A program made the position numbers and the translations under genes. Shown in pieces: positions 9,697 through 18,459 of a stretch of DNA of 58,502 bases (the first letter of the stretch is position 1; each line of letters begins with the position of its first letter). Source of the DNA: Spirochaetales bacterium (GTDB taxonomy: Bacteria; Spirochaetota; Spirochaetia; JAFGDJ01); assembly GCA_016932135.1 (NCBI GenBank), contig JAFGDJ010000137.1, positions 1-58,502 on the forward strand, written 5' to 3'. Under the pieces are notes generated by a model. That model made no database searches. It was not told the origin of the DNA and was given only the letters and a program-made list of their open reading frames with translations.

Positions 9697-10056
9697 ATGC
9701 CCAGTTATCAGTACAAGCCCAAGGATAAACCTCAAAAACGACGAGCGAATCCCTATGATAAATTTAAAGAGAGCGATCTTATTCTTCGGGACCAGTTGGC
9801 CATTGACAGAACGATTTTAGCCAACGAGCGTACTTTCTTAGCCTATTGTCGAACAGCCCTGGCCCTCGGCCTTACGGGAACCAGCCTGTTAAAATTCCTG
9901 GAAGGAGTTCCCTTCGATATGGCCGGCTGGATCCTTATTGCCCTCGGTGTATCCGTGGCGGGTATCGGTATCCAGCGGACCATTGCCATGGCGCGAAACA
10001 TCGCCACTGCCAGAAGAGATCCGATCGGTCATTCTCAAGGAGAGGGCCCGGTCTGA
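9697..10056 (+). CDS. DUF202 / YidH-family small membrane protein
   Basis: RDQLAIDRTILANERTFLAYCRTALAL signature followed by two TM helices. Confidence 0.65.
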   Translation: MPSYQYKPKDKPQKRRANPYDKFKESDLILRDQLAIDRTILANERTFLAYCRTALALGLTGTSLLKFLEGVPFDMAGWILIALGVSVAGIGIQRTIAMARNIATARRDPIGHSQGEGPV

Positions 10057-10057
10057 A

Positions 10058-10086
10058 GCTCTCCGAATGATTCGGAGAGCCTCTTT
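10058..10086. terminator. bidirectional stem-loop terminator between convergent DUF202 gene and sppA
   Basis: gctctccgaa (10058-10067) / tga loop / ttcggagagc (10071-10080) is a perfect 10-bp stem, followed by ctctttg. Confidence 0.6.
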
Positions 10087-10099
10087 GCATTCCGACCTG

Positions 10100-12490
10100 T
10101 TAATACTGATAGGGCATCAGCAACACGGGTTTCCAGTTGCCGAAATCCCTCAAGACCTGCAGATCCTCGGTAAACCCGACAATACTGTCCGGCAGGCCGG
10201 CTTTTACCAGACCGGTTACATAAAAGGACATCATTTCTCCAGGATTAAAGGTAAAGCCGTCGTACTGCTTTACATCGATGTCTCCGGTGATCCCCGCCAG
10301 TTCCTTCGCTTTGGCCAGAGCGTCATCCAGCGACCCGATTTCGTCGATCAGACCGTTTTCCACAGCCTGACTTCCCGTCCAGATACGCCCTTTCCCCAGC
10401 TCATCAACAACTTCCCGGTCCATTCCCCTGCCCCGGGCAACGGTATCCACAAAAATGTCATAGACGTGGCTGATATAGCGCCGAAAAAGGACGTCCTCCT
10501 CTTCCGTTATATCCCGAGTGATGTTTCCCAAGTCTGCCTTATCCCGGGTAAAAAGAGATACTGTTTCCACATCGATTTTTTCCAACAAGCCTTGAATGTT
10601 GAAATTGAAGCCCGCAACCCCGATAGAACCGGTCAGGGTATCCGGATGGGCGAAGATGTAATCGGAGGTACAGGAAATATAGTATCCCCCGGATCCGGCC
10701 ACCGCTCCCATGGAGACAACCACCGGAAGATTGTACGGTTCGCTGCGGCAGAGGTCGATTTCCCGGGCGATTATATCCGAAGCGAGAGCCGAGCCTCCGG
10801 GGGAATCGACCCGGAGAACAATGGCTTTGGTTCGGGAATTCTTCCGAGCATCCCTCAAGGCCGCCACCAGGGTGTCGGACCCGATACTGCTGCCCGGCAT
10901 GGCTGTGCCCGGATAGATCGGTCCTGTGGCATAGATAATCGCTATTTCAGAGGCATAGGGATCTGCCCAGCTCTGTCTGACCTTTTCAGGAGGAAATGTT
11001 ACCGATATTTCCGCAGTAGCGTCCTCATCAGTAATCAAACCGTCCAATTCTGCTTCATAAATCAGTCCGTCCACCAGCCCCGCCTCCAGAGCGTCCGAAG
11101 CCACCAGGTACGGCCCGTGATTGAACAGATCTTCCGGAGTAGCCGAAAGACGGCCTTCCCGGCCCGTAAAAATGCGTTTTTCATTTTCTTCCTGCAGTCC
11201 CTGAAATAAAGACAGGAGAACCTCTCTTTCGGCTTCCGTCATGGTGGACTTGGTATATCTGTTATTAGCCGTTTTGTATTCATGGCTCTGGAAGTCCACG
11301 GTTTCAATCCCCAGCCGTCTGAACAGCTCGTTATAATAAAAATTGATCGACCCGACTCCCGTCAAGGCAACCATGCCCAGGGGATTCAGGTAGATCTTGT
11401 CGGCCACGGCAGCGGCCAAGGTATAATTGGCCGTATCCACATCTTCATAATAGAAAATGATCCTCTTGCCCGAGGCTTTGAAAGCCTTCAAGGCGTTTTC
11501 CAGTTCGTGAAAGTTGGTTCTGGAAGCCTGGAAAAGAGTGTTTCGGAATACCAGGCCTTGAATCGAGGAGTCTTCAGTCAATCCTTCAATTTCATCGATA
11601 ACACTCCAAACGGATCTTTCTATGGAAGGGAAAGCCGGGAATGGCAGGTCGGCGAGTCCGGGATGCTCCGATAGAAGGGCCCCCGGGTTGTAATCCACAT
11701 ACTCCCGGGACTTTTTCACCAAGAGAGAAGAATACTCCTTAGGATGAACCTGTATAAAATAGGCAGCCTCGGTGGGGTTGAAACTACTGTCCAGACCGGA
11801 ATCAGCCAGGAGCCGCATATTCCTGTAGGAAAGAGAAACTCCCAGGCGGAAGACCTGAGACTGCAGATTCCAGGAACCCTGGAGAGAAACGCCTTCCAGG
11901 GGCTCGGCTCGCAGGTAGAGGGAAGGTAAATCCACCCCATCCTGCCGGAAAGGCATTTCCACCGCCAGTTCAAGCCGATGGCTGTGCTGTTTTAAAAACC
12001 CCAGGGGCCTCACTCCCAAGCCGACCCGGGCGCCCCAAGACTCATCCGGATAGCTCACCCGGTATACCGCCGCCAGGCTGAGGGGCTCTATCGGCCGGCA
12101 AAGCAGCCCGATGCCGTATCGATAATCCTCCAACTCTTTCCCGGTCCAACTGAAATTACCCCCCAGATAGATATTCTGATAAGGAGAAAAAGAGAGGGCC
12201 GCCGTGTTGAAAAGGACTCCCTCTTCCTTTCCCAGAATCCAGCCGAAAGGTGAACCGCCGGCGAGAAAATATAAGTTGTCGGAGAAATCTCCCGTACCGT
12301 CAAAAAGATTTCCCGGGTTCTGGTAAAACCCGAAACCTTCGGCCGCGCCGTAGGACAGCGCCGCGGGGTTAACGGAGACAGCCCTGAGGTCATCCGTCAG
12401 GGTAATGGGATACTCTTCCGGATTGAAGGGGTCCGCCATCATAGGAAGAGCACAGCAAAGCACCATCAAAAAGAAAACAACGCTTTTCAT
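10100..12490 (-). CDS. sppA: signal peptide peptidase SppA (S49, tandem-domain 67K type) with ~260-aa N-terminal beta-rich extension
   Basis: S49 signature VVSMGAVAGSGGYYISC..TLTGSIGV in the C-terminal domain, and a second S49-like domain upstream. Cleavable signal peptide. The N-terminal third shows alternating hydrophobic/Gly-aromatic strands. Confidence 0.8.
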   Translation of the reverse strand: MKSVVFFLMVLCCALPMMADPFNPEEYPITLTDDLRAVSVNPAALSYGAAEGFGFYQNPGNLFDGTGDFSDNLYFLAGGSPFGWILGKEEGVLFNTAALSFSPYQNIYLGGNFSWTGKELEDYRYGIGLLCRPIEPLSLAAVYRVSYPDESWGARVGLGVRPLGFLKQHSHRLELAVEMPFRQDGVDLPSLYLRAEPLEGVSLQGSWNLQSQVFRLGVSLSYRNMRLLADSGLDSSFNPTEAAYFIQVHPKEYSSLLVKKSREYVDYNPGALLSEHPGLADLPFPAFPSIERSVWSVIDEIEGLTEDSSIQGLVFRNTLFQASRTNFHELENALKAFKASGKRIIFYYEDVDTANYTLAAAVADKIYLNPLGMVALTGVGSINFYYNELFRRLGIETVDFQSHEYKTANNRYTKSTMTEAEREVLLSLFQGLQEENEKRIFTGREGRLSATPEDLFNHGPYLVASDALEAGLVDGLIYEAELDGLITDEDATAEISVTFPPEKVRQSWADPYASEIAIIYATGPIYPGTAMPGSSIGSDTLVAALRDARKNSRTKAIVLRVDSPGGSALASDIIAREIDLCRSEPYNLPVVVSMGAVAGSGGYYISCTSDYIFAHPDTLTGSIGVAGFNFNIQGLLEKIDVETVSLFTRDKADLGNITRDITEEEDVLFRRYISHVYDIFVDTVARGRGMDREVVDELGKGRIWTGSQAVENGLIDEIGSLDDALAKAKELAGITGDIDVKQYDGFTFNPGEMMSFYVTGLVKAGLPDSIVGFTEDLQVLRDFGNWKPVLLMPYQY

Positions 12491-12552
12491 ATATCCACCT
12501 CACGTCATTTCAGTATACGTGAAGTGTGCCCGGTTTGTCAGTACAAAGGGTC

Positions 12553-13239
12553 TCAGAGAATGAACCGATATCCCCGGCCGCGGACAGTCTGCAGGTGCTT
12601 CGGCAACTCGGCTTCACCCAAGTGTTTCCGCAGTCTGGCCACGTGAACATCCACCGTCCTGGTGGTGGTTTCGCTTTCATATCCCCAGACTTCATCGAGA
12701 ATTCTGTCCCGGGACAACACCGTGTCGGGATGGGTTACCAGGTATTCCAGTAAGCGGTATTCCTGGGAATGGAGGTTCACCGGCTCCTGTTCCAGGAACA
12801 AGGTGCCCTTTTCCCGGTCCAGGCGAAAGGAACCGAAGGCAACCGGCGACAGGGCGGTTAAGTCGCCTCCCCTGCCACCGGACCGGCGAAGCAGGGCTTC
12901 CATTCTCGCCAGGAGAACAGCCATATCGAAGGGCTTTGCCAGGTAATCATCCGCTCCCTGCCGAAGCCCCATGACGGTGTCCAGACTGGTGTCCCTGGCT
13001 GTGAGCATAAGAACCGGCGTATTGATGCCGGCATCCCGCAGATTCTTACACACGGCAAAACCGTCTCTGCCGGGGAGCATCAGATCCAGCAGAATGATAT
13101 CGAAACCGCCGCTCATAGCTGTTTCCTCCCCTCGGATACCGTCGGCGACGGAGGACACGGCATACCCCTCGGCGGTAAGGCGGTCTTCCAAGGTCATTCT
13201 GACCCCCGCCTCGTCATCAATAATCAGTACCCGGGGCAT
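12553..13239 (-). CDS. OmpR/PhoB-family response regulator
   Basis: Receiver domain (LIIDDE...DIILLDLMLPGRDG...LTAR...KPF) plus winged-helix output (LEYLVTHPDTVLSRDRILDEVWG...RGRGYRF). Confidence 0.9.
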   Translation of the reverse strand: MPRVLIIDDEAGVRMTLEDRLTAEGYAVSSVADGIRGEETAMSGGFDIILLDLMLPGRDGFAVCKNLRDAGINTPVLMLTARDTSLDTVMGLRQGADDYLAKPFDMAVLLARMEALLRRSGGRGGDLTALSPVAFGSFRLDREKGTLFLEQEPVNLHSQEYRLLEYLVTHPDTVLSRDRILDEVWGYESETTTRTVDVHVARLRKHLGEAELPKHLQTVRGRGYRFIL

Positions 13240-14917
13240 GAGCCTCCTCCTTCCCCACCGGGCGGTACGGCAAGGTTAAGATAAACCGGCACCCGGCCTT
13301 TTTTGTCCCGTCGATTCGTTCATAGGGGCTTTCCAAGGTAAGATCGCCCCCGTGGAGCCGGGCTTTTCTGCTGGCAATAAACAAACCGAGACCGCTCCCC
13401 CTTTCCTGTTTCTCCCGGCTAACCCGGTCACGGTAAAAGGGTTCAAACACATGTTTCTGTTCCGCCGGATCGACACCCCTGCCGTCATCTTCCACCATGA
13501 ACACCAGGGTCTTCGGTGACGTGAGCCGGGCTGAAATCCGAATATTCCCCGGTGCGTCCGAATAGGCGTGATGAACGGCATTGAGCACCAGGTTTTCAAG
13601 CATCAGGCGCAGGGCTTCAGGGTCGGCCATGCAGGATGCCGGCAGGCCGCCGGTATCCCAGGTTAGGGAAATGCTCTTTTTAGAGATTGCCTCTTCCAGG
13701 ACTTTTTTCAGGCGTTCAAAAAACTCATCGAACCTCACCGGTACCACGGGCTTCATTTTTTCACTGTTTCCTTCCATGCCGGAGAAAATAAGCATTTCTT
13801 CGATCATAGCCGACAGCCTGCCGGTCTGCTCCCGAATGAGGGGTCCGTAGGCGGCAATCCGCTGGGCCGGGATTTTCTCGTTGGAAAGATTTTCCGCCGC
13901 GGAATGAATAACCGTCAAGGGGGTGCGGAGCTCATGGGAGACCGTGGCGACGAATTCCCGCTCCCTTTCCCGAAGGGACCGGATTCTGTTCACCTGGTAC
14001 AGCAATAGAAGAAAGGCAGCCCCCATGCCGGCTAAGAGAATAATACTGCCCAGCCAGGTGAGGGCCAGATTGCGTTCCACGTTCAGGGAGAATTGGGCTT
14101 CAGGCAGCCCCACCTGGACATAGAGGGTATCCTGCCGGGAAGCCGAGCGAAACCCCGGCAGAATCGGCGGGCGGTTTTCACCGGGGGGTTGGTCAGGTGC
14201 TCCCCGCCAATCGATGAAGGGACTTATGGGAATGACCGGGGGATTCAGTTCCAGGGAAGACCGACCGAACATAGCCGGCAAGAGGCGGAAGCGGTAATCT
14301 TCCAGACCGAATCCTCCCCGAAGATCCGGTCGACTTTCTTCTCCTGCAACTTCAAACCAGCGCAGTTCATATTCCGGCAGAGCCTCGGTAATAGAGGGTT
14401 TCAGATATGCCTCAGTGAAACCTTCAAGATCCAGCAGCAGCACCGCCAAAAGACCTGTGCCTCCGGGCAACCGAAAGATAAGGGAAAGCCGCCGGCTGCC
14501 CATATTGTATACCAGAAAATCTTCTTCCATACCCCAACCCGGGAAATCCGCCGGAGGCTTCTCCGCTGACGGCAGGGACTCTCCTGCCACGGAGACCCAG
14601 GTATCACCGGAATAATAGCCCGCGCCTGCAATCAGGAAGGGAACAGAACCCTCGGGTCCGTATTGCCGGTACAGGTCATTAAGCCGTAAGGTAAGGTTTT
14701 CGGGAGGCAGGTCCGTCAAACCCTGCAGTTCTCGAAGCAGTGTGCCGTACCGCTCATATTCTCTGTACGCCGCCCGGAAAACCGTTGAAACAATGGACTT
14801 GTGTACCCGATCCAGCTCCGAGGCGGCGCTGGAGGAAAACCAGCGGTACTGCAGCACACCCACAACCGTAAGGGCAGCGGCGAAGAGAACAGCTGCCAGC
14901 TTCAATTTGATTTTCAT
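13217..14917 (-). CDS. sensor histidine kinase, two TM helices flanking a ~260-aa periplasmic domain
   Basis: H-box FVATVSHELRTPLT and HATPase N/G boxes (NAVHHA, EDDGRGV, GSGLGLFIA). Overlaps the downstream RR gene by 23 nt. Confidence 0.88.
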   Translation of the reverse strand: MKIKLKLAAVLFAAALTVVGVLQYRWFSSSAASELDRVHKSIVSTVFRAAYREYERYGTLLRELQGLTDLPPENLTLRLNDLYRQYGPEGSVPFLIAGAGYYSGDTWVSVAGESLPSAEKPPADFPGWGMEEDFLVYNMGSRRLSLIFRLPGGTGLLAVLLLDLEGFTEAYLKPSITEALPEYELRWFEVAGEESRPDLRGGFGLEDYRFRLLPAMFGRSSLELNPPVIPISPFIDWRGAPDQPPGENRPPILPGFRSASRQDTLYVQVGLPEAQFSLNVERNLALTWLGSIILLAGMGAAFLLLLYQVNRIRSLREREREFVATVSHELRTPLTVIHSAAENLSNEKIPAQRIAAYGPLIREQTGRLSAMIEEMLIFSGMEGNSEKMKPVVPVRFDEFFERLKKVLEEAISKKSISLTWDTGGLPASCMADPEALRLMLENLVLNAVHHAYSDAPGNIRISARLTSPKTLVFMVEDDGRGVDPAEQKHVFEPFYRDRVSREKQERGSGLGLFIASRKARLHGGDLTLESPYERIDGTKKAGCRFILTLPYRPVGKEEAHAPGTDY

Positions 14918-14978
14918 ACCTCTATCCTAACGTTTTCCCCCTGCAAGCACCAGTTTTCGAGGCTCTTACGGCCCCTTA

Positions 14979-15005
14979 TTTTACATAGTTTACAACCCTT
15001 TTACC
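14979..15005. promoter_or_regulatory. three direct TTTAC repeats in the divergent HK / efflux-operon intergenic region (candidate OmpR-type binding site)
   Basis: TTTTACA (14979-14985), GTTTACA (14988-14994) and TTTTACC (14999-15005). The TTTAC cores are spaced 9 and 11 bp, about one helical turn. Confidence 0.3.
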
Positions 15006-15060
15006 TCCCCTTCACCTTCGCCGGAGAAAAAATGGCTACCTTTGGGCCATGGAGGTACTC

Positions 15061-16353
15061 ATGGAGGCTGAACGGAAAATTATTCATGTAGACACTGTCG
15101 GGCCGCGAACATCGAAGAAAAAACAAAGACGCATCCTTATCCTGGCCGCCGGGTTTGTGTTGGCCGTGGCGGCGGTCTTTTTTATCTTTTTACATTCCGG
15201 CAAGGCTGATAGTGTATCGATCAAAGATTACACTGTCACAACGGTGCGCCGGGGCACCCTGGTTACAACCACCGAAGCCGGAGGCACCGTCGTACTGCCC
15301 CGCACCCTGACCATCACCAGCGGACAGGAAGGGTATACCGAGGAATTGCTGGTATCCGAGGGGGACAGAGTAACCCAGGATAGCGTGTTGGCGGTGCTTC
15401 ATGTGCCGGACCTGGAGGATCAACGGGACAGCCTGGCCATTAAGCTCGAACAGGCCGAACTGGAGCTCGAAAATCTCATCATCGATTATGCCTATGGAAA
15501 GAAAAACCTGGAACGCAGTCTGTCGAGGCTGGAAGATGATATTACCGAAGCTGAAGAAGATGCGGCATCGCTGCGGGAACTGGCCGAGCTGAAGAGTTCC
15601 CGGCAGACCGACTATGAGAACGCTCTGGAGAAAGTCGAAACCTTAAGGGAACAACATGAAGACACGGTGACATCCCTGGAGGAAATGAAGGCTAAGGAAG
15701 CTCTCGCTCTGGAAAAACAAAGGGTCAGTATCCGGCAATTAGAGGTTGACCTGGACAACATTATCGAAGATATCGAAGAAGCGCGGATCAAGAGTCCTAT
15801 TCCCGGTGAGATCCTCAGCATAAACGAAAACCTGGAGATTCCGGGCAGCCTGATTCAAGTAACGGAAGCCTTGTTTGTTGTTTCCGACCGCTCGGAGGTA
15901 TATATCGATTTCGATGTCTATGAACAATACGCCTCGCTCCTCACGATAGGGGGAACCATGACTGTTACCGTCGGCACCAACACCATGGATGCGGAAATCG
16001 TAAAAATCGGAAAAATCGCCACCCTGGACAGTGACGGCCTTTCCGCCACCGTGGAAGTACGGGCCCGACCTTTAACGAACATCGAACTGACCCCCGGCGC
16101 TTCGGCCGTATCAAGCATCGTTATCGGTAAAAATGAAAATACCCTGCTTCTTCCCCGGGGGCCTTACCTGACCACGGGAAACCGGGAATATGTATACAAA
16201 ATAGACGGAACCAAGGCCTATAAAACCCCCGTCACTTACGGATCCATCGAGGGATCTGAAGTGGAGATTCTGGACGGCCTTTCCGCCGGAGATGAGGTCA
16301 TTACCAGCGGTTATCAGAATTTCTTAGATTACGACATGATCGATCTGAAATAG
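15061..16353 (+). CDS. efflux transporter periplasmic adaptor (HlyD/MacA-type membrane fusion protein)
   Basis: N-terminal TM anchor, lipoyl-like hairpin motifs (VSEGDRVTQDSVLAVL; IKSPIPGEILSI), long coiled-coil, beta-barrel C-terminus. ATG 15061 has GGAGG 5 nt upstream; the track start 15049 has none. Confidence 0.85.
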   Translation: MEAERKIIHVDTVGPRTSKKKQRRILILAAGFVLAVAAVFFIFLHSGKADSVSIKDYTVTTVRRGTLVTTTEAGGTVVLPRTLTITSGQEGYTEELLVSEGDRVTQDSVLAVLHVPDLEDQRDSLAIKLEQAELELENLIIDYAYGKKNLERSLSRLEDDITEAEEDAASLRELAELKSSRQTDYENALEKVETLREQHEDTVTSLEEMKAKEALALEKQRVSIRQLEVDLDNIIEDIEEARIKSPIPGEILSINENLEIPGSLIQVTEALFVVSDRSEVYIDFDVYEQYASLLTIGGTMTVTVGTNTMDAEIVKIGKIATLDSDGLSATVEVRARPLTNIELTPGASAVSSIVIGKNENTLLLPRGPYLTTGNREYVYKIDGTKAYKTPVTYGSIEGSEVEILDGLSAGDEVITSGYQNFLDYDMIDLK

Positions 16354-16363
16354 GAGGCATCAC

Positions 16364-17086
16364 ATGATCACCCTTTCCACTATTGGAAAACAGTACGACC
16401 TGGGAACTGTAAAAATCGACGCTCTTAAAAATCTTTCCCTTACCATCGATAGGGGAGAATACATCGCCGTCATGGGACCTTCCGGTTCCGGAAAGTCGAC
16501 CCTTCTCCACATCCTCGGTATTCTCGACACCGCTTCTTCGGGCCGGTACCTCCTGGAGGATTACGACATTACCAACCTTCCCGACCGGGAGCAGGCTCGG
16601 ATACGGAACAAGCACTTCGGTTTTATCTTCCAGAGCTTCAATCTGTTTCCCGAACTCAGCGCTCTGGAAAACGTCATGCTGCCCATGTCCTACGCAGGAA
16701 TAGCCTATTCAAAAAGAAAGGACCGGGCTGCGGCCTTACTGGAAGATGTGGGTTTACAGCACCGGATGCACCACCTGCCCACCATGATGAGCGGCGGAGA
16801 ACAGCAGCGGGTAGCCATTGCCAGAGCCCTCTCCAACGACCCGGATCTCATCCTGGCCGATGAGCCTACGGGCAACCTCCCCTCGGATAAGGGTGAAGAA
16901 ATTCTGACCCTGCTCGAAAGCCTGAACCAACGGGGTGTAACTATCGTCATGGTGACCCATAATGACGCCCAGGCGGAGCGAGCCCGCCGGACAATCCACC
17001 TGAAAGACGGCAGCCTGCTGGAACAGGACAGCCTCCAGGGGGGACAGAGCAACCTACAGGCGTCCGGGGAGGCGATCCATGTTTAA
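16364..17086 (+). CDS. ABC transporter ATP-binding protein (MacB/LolD-type)
   Basis: Walker A GPSGSGKST, signature MSGGEQQRVAIARAL, Walker B LILADEPTGNL. Confidence 0.92.
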   Translation: MITLSTIGKQYDLGTVKIDALKNLSLTIDRGEYIAVMGPSGSGKSTLLHILGILDTASSGRYLLEDYDITNLPDREQARIRNKHFGFIFQSFNLFPELSALENVMLPMSYAGIAYSKRKDRAAALLEDVGLQHRMHHLPTMMSGGEQQRVAIARALSNDPDLILADEPTGNLPSDKGEEILTLLESLNQRGVTIVMVTHNDAQAERARRTIHLKDGSLLEQDSLQGGQSNLQASGEAIHV

Positions 17087-18437
17087 CGAGAGCGGGAAAA
17101 TAATGCTTCGCCGGTCCGTCGGCCGCCTGCTTGAGACCGGGTTGCTGGTGCTGGCGGTAGCCCTGGGTGTGGGCGCGGCGGCGGCGGGAATTTCCCTTTT
17201 GGCGGGTATCCGGAACTACTCTAACGACCTGCTCTCCTCGCCGGAATACCGGGAAATCGTCGTCAGCACCCACGGTAATTCCGAGGACATGGAAGATCCG
17301 GTTTCGCAAAAGCCGGTACGGGAAACCACTGTGTTGACCAGTGAAGATCTGGCGGCCGCCAGGGTCGTCCCTGAAATCTCTTACGCCTATATTGCCAACC
17401 GCCGGATGCTTCACTTCATCAATGAAGCTTCGGTAGCCCGGGAGGAGGAGATGCGACAAAATATGCCCGCGCCGCCGGAAGGTGAAGGCGGAGAACCGGG
17501 GGAGACCGATCCTTTCAGACCCTTAATGTACGGTTCCGAGGACCTGGCGGAGGCTTCGACCGATGAGACTATCCTCATTGTGGAGCTGGAAGAAGCCCGC
17601 GGGTATGCCGTTTCTTCAGATTTTTTCACAGCCCTGGGATTACAGGCAAAGGCCGGCAGTTTATTTACCGAGGAGGATTATAAAAACCCCACCAACGATA
17701 TACTCCTCGGCGCCGATCTGGCGGAGATGATTACTCCCGAGGGAAAAAACTGTGAAGACCTGATCGGAAAGAAACTCCTTGCCCGGGACGGGTATTTTAC
17801 CGTCACGGGGATTATCGATACGGATAACACATCCTACGGCGATTCCTTCTTCAGCCCCTACAGGGATGGGTCTTTCGGCGGTTTCAGGATGCCCGGAATG
17901 GATACGGCTCTGCGTTTTTCCGTGGACGACCCGAAGCAGTTGGAAGAAACGGCGTTCCTGCTGTCCGACTGGTTTACCTCCCTCTATGGAGAAGGTCAAA
18001 TAACGGTATCCAATCCCCGGGCGGAAGCGGAGCAGCTGGTGGCCAGGAACACGGGCATTGGGGTATTGATCCTCTTTCTCAGTCTTACCGGGCTTTTTAT
18101 CGCCGCGGTGAATGTCTCCAATATGCTGATGAGCAGAGCTCTGCGGATGAAAAAGCATGTGGGTATCCTCATGGCCTTAGGTGCTTCCCGTAAAAAGATT
18201 ATGGTTCTTTTCTCCGGTGAAGCTGCCTTGATAACCGGAGCGGGATCGTTGCTGGGGGCCTTGTTGGCTATTCCCCTGAGCCGGACCATGCAGGGAGCTC
18301 TTGATGTAGCCGGGGTTTCGTTGCTCTACATCCTTCCCGGTGTTCTCGCCGCGGCGGGGTTAACCATGCTGTTCAGCCTGCTTCCCATCAGGAGACATAC
18401 CGGTACGGCCCCCGCCGAGGCCATGCATTCGGCGTAA
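17079..18437 (+). CDS. ABC transporter permease, FtsX/MacB-type with large periplasmic domain
   Basis: TM1, ~270-aa extracytoplasmic domain, then three C-terminal TMs with FtsX motif (HVGILMALGASRKKI). 8-nt overlap with the ATPase gene. Confidence 0.85.
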   Translation: MFNESGKIMLRRSVGRLLETGLLVLAVALGVGAAAAGISLLAGIRNYSNDLLSSPEYREIVVSTHGNSEDMEDPVSQKPVRETTVLTSEDLAAARVVPEISYAYIANRRMLHFINEASVAREEEMRQNMPAPPEGEGGEPGETDPFRPLMYGSEDLAEASTDETILIVELEEARGYAVSSDFFTALGLQAKAGSLFTEEDYKNPTNDILLGADLAEMITPEGKNCEDLIGKKLLARDGYFTVTGIIDTDNTSYGDSFFSPYRDGSFGGFRMPGMDTALRFSVDDPKQLEETAFLLSDWFTSLYGEGQITVSNPRAEAEQLVARNTGIGVLILFLSLTGLFIAAVNVSNMLMSRALRMKKHVGILMALGASRKKIMVLFSGEAALITGAGSLLGALLAIPLSRTMQGALDVAGVSLLYILPGVLAAAGLTMLFSLLPIRRHTGTAPAEAMHSA

Positions 18438-18459
18438 TATCAACGAGGTTAGGGACATT

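Noticed and set aside
9938-11209. 423-aa plus-strand ORF
   Set aside because: It is antisense to sppA, which has clear S49 motifs. The translation is Arg/Ser/Pro/Gly-rich with no domain signature, as is typical of a shadow ORF in GC-rich coding DNA.
12495-12525. Weak hairpin (tcacgt...acgtga) between RR stop and sppA start as terminator
   Set aside because: The stem is only 6-7 bp with an 11-nt loop and no U-tract. Read-through into sppA is equally likely.
15361-15376. 16-nt identity GGGGACAGAGTAACCC between the MFP gene (15361-15376) and the CxxC lipoprotein gene (26087-26102)
   Set aside because: Both encode G-D-R-V-T. In a 58-kb window, roughly one chance 16-mer pair is expected over all pairwise comparisons on two strands, so this single out-of-island match cannot be separated from coincidence. 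I kept the 26087 copy only as a degenerate member of the local cluster.
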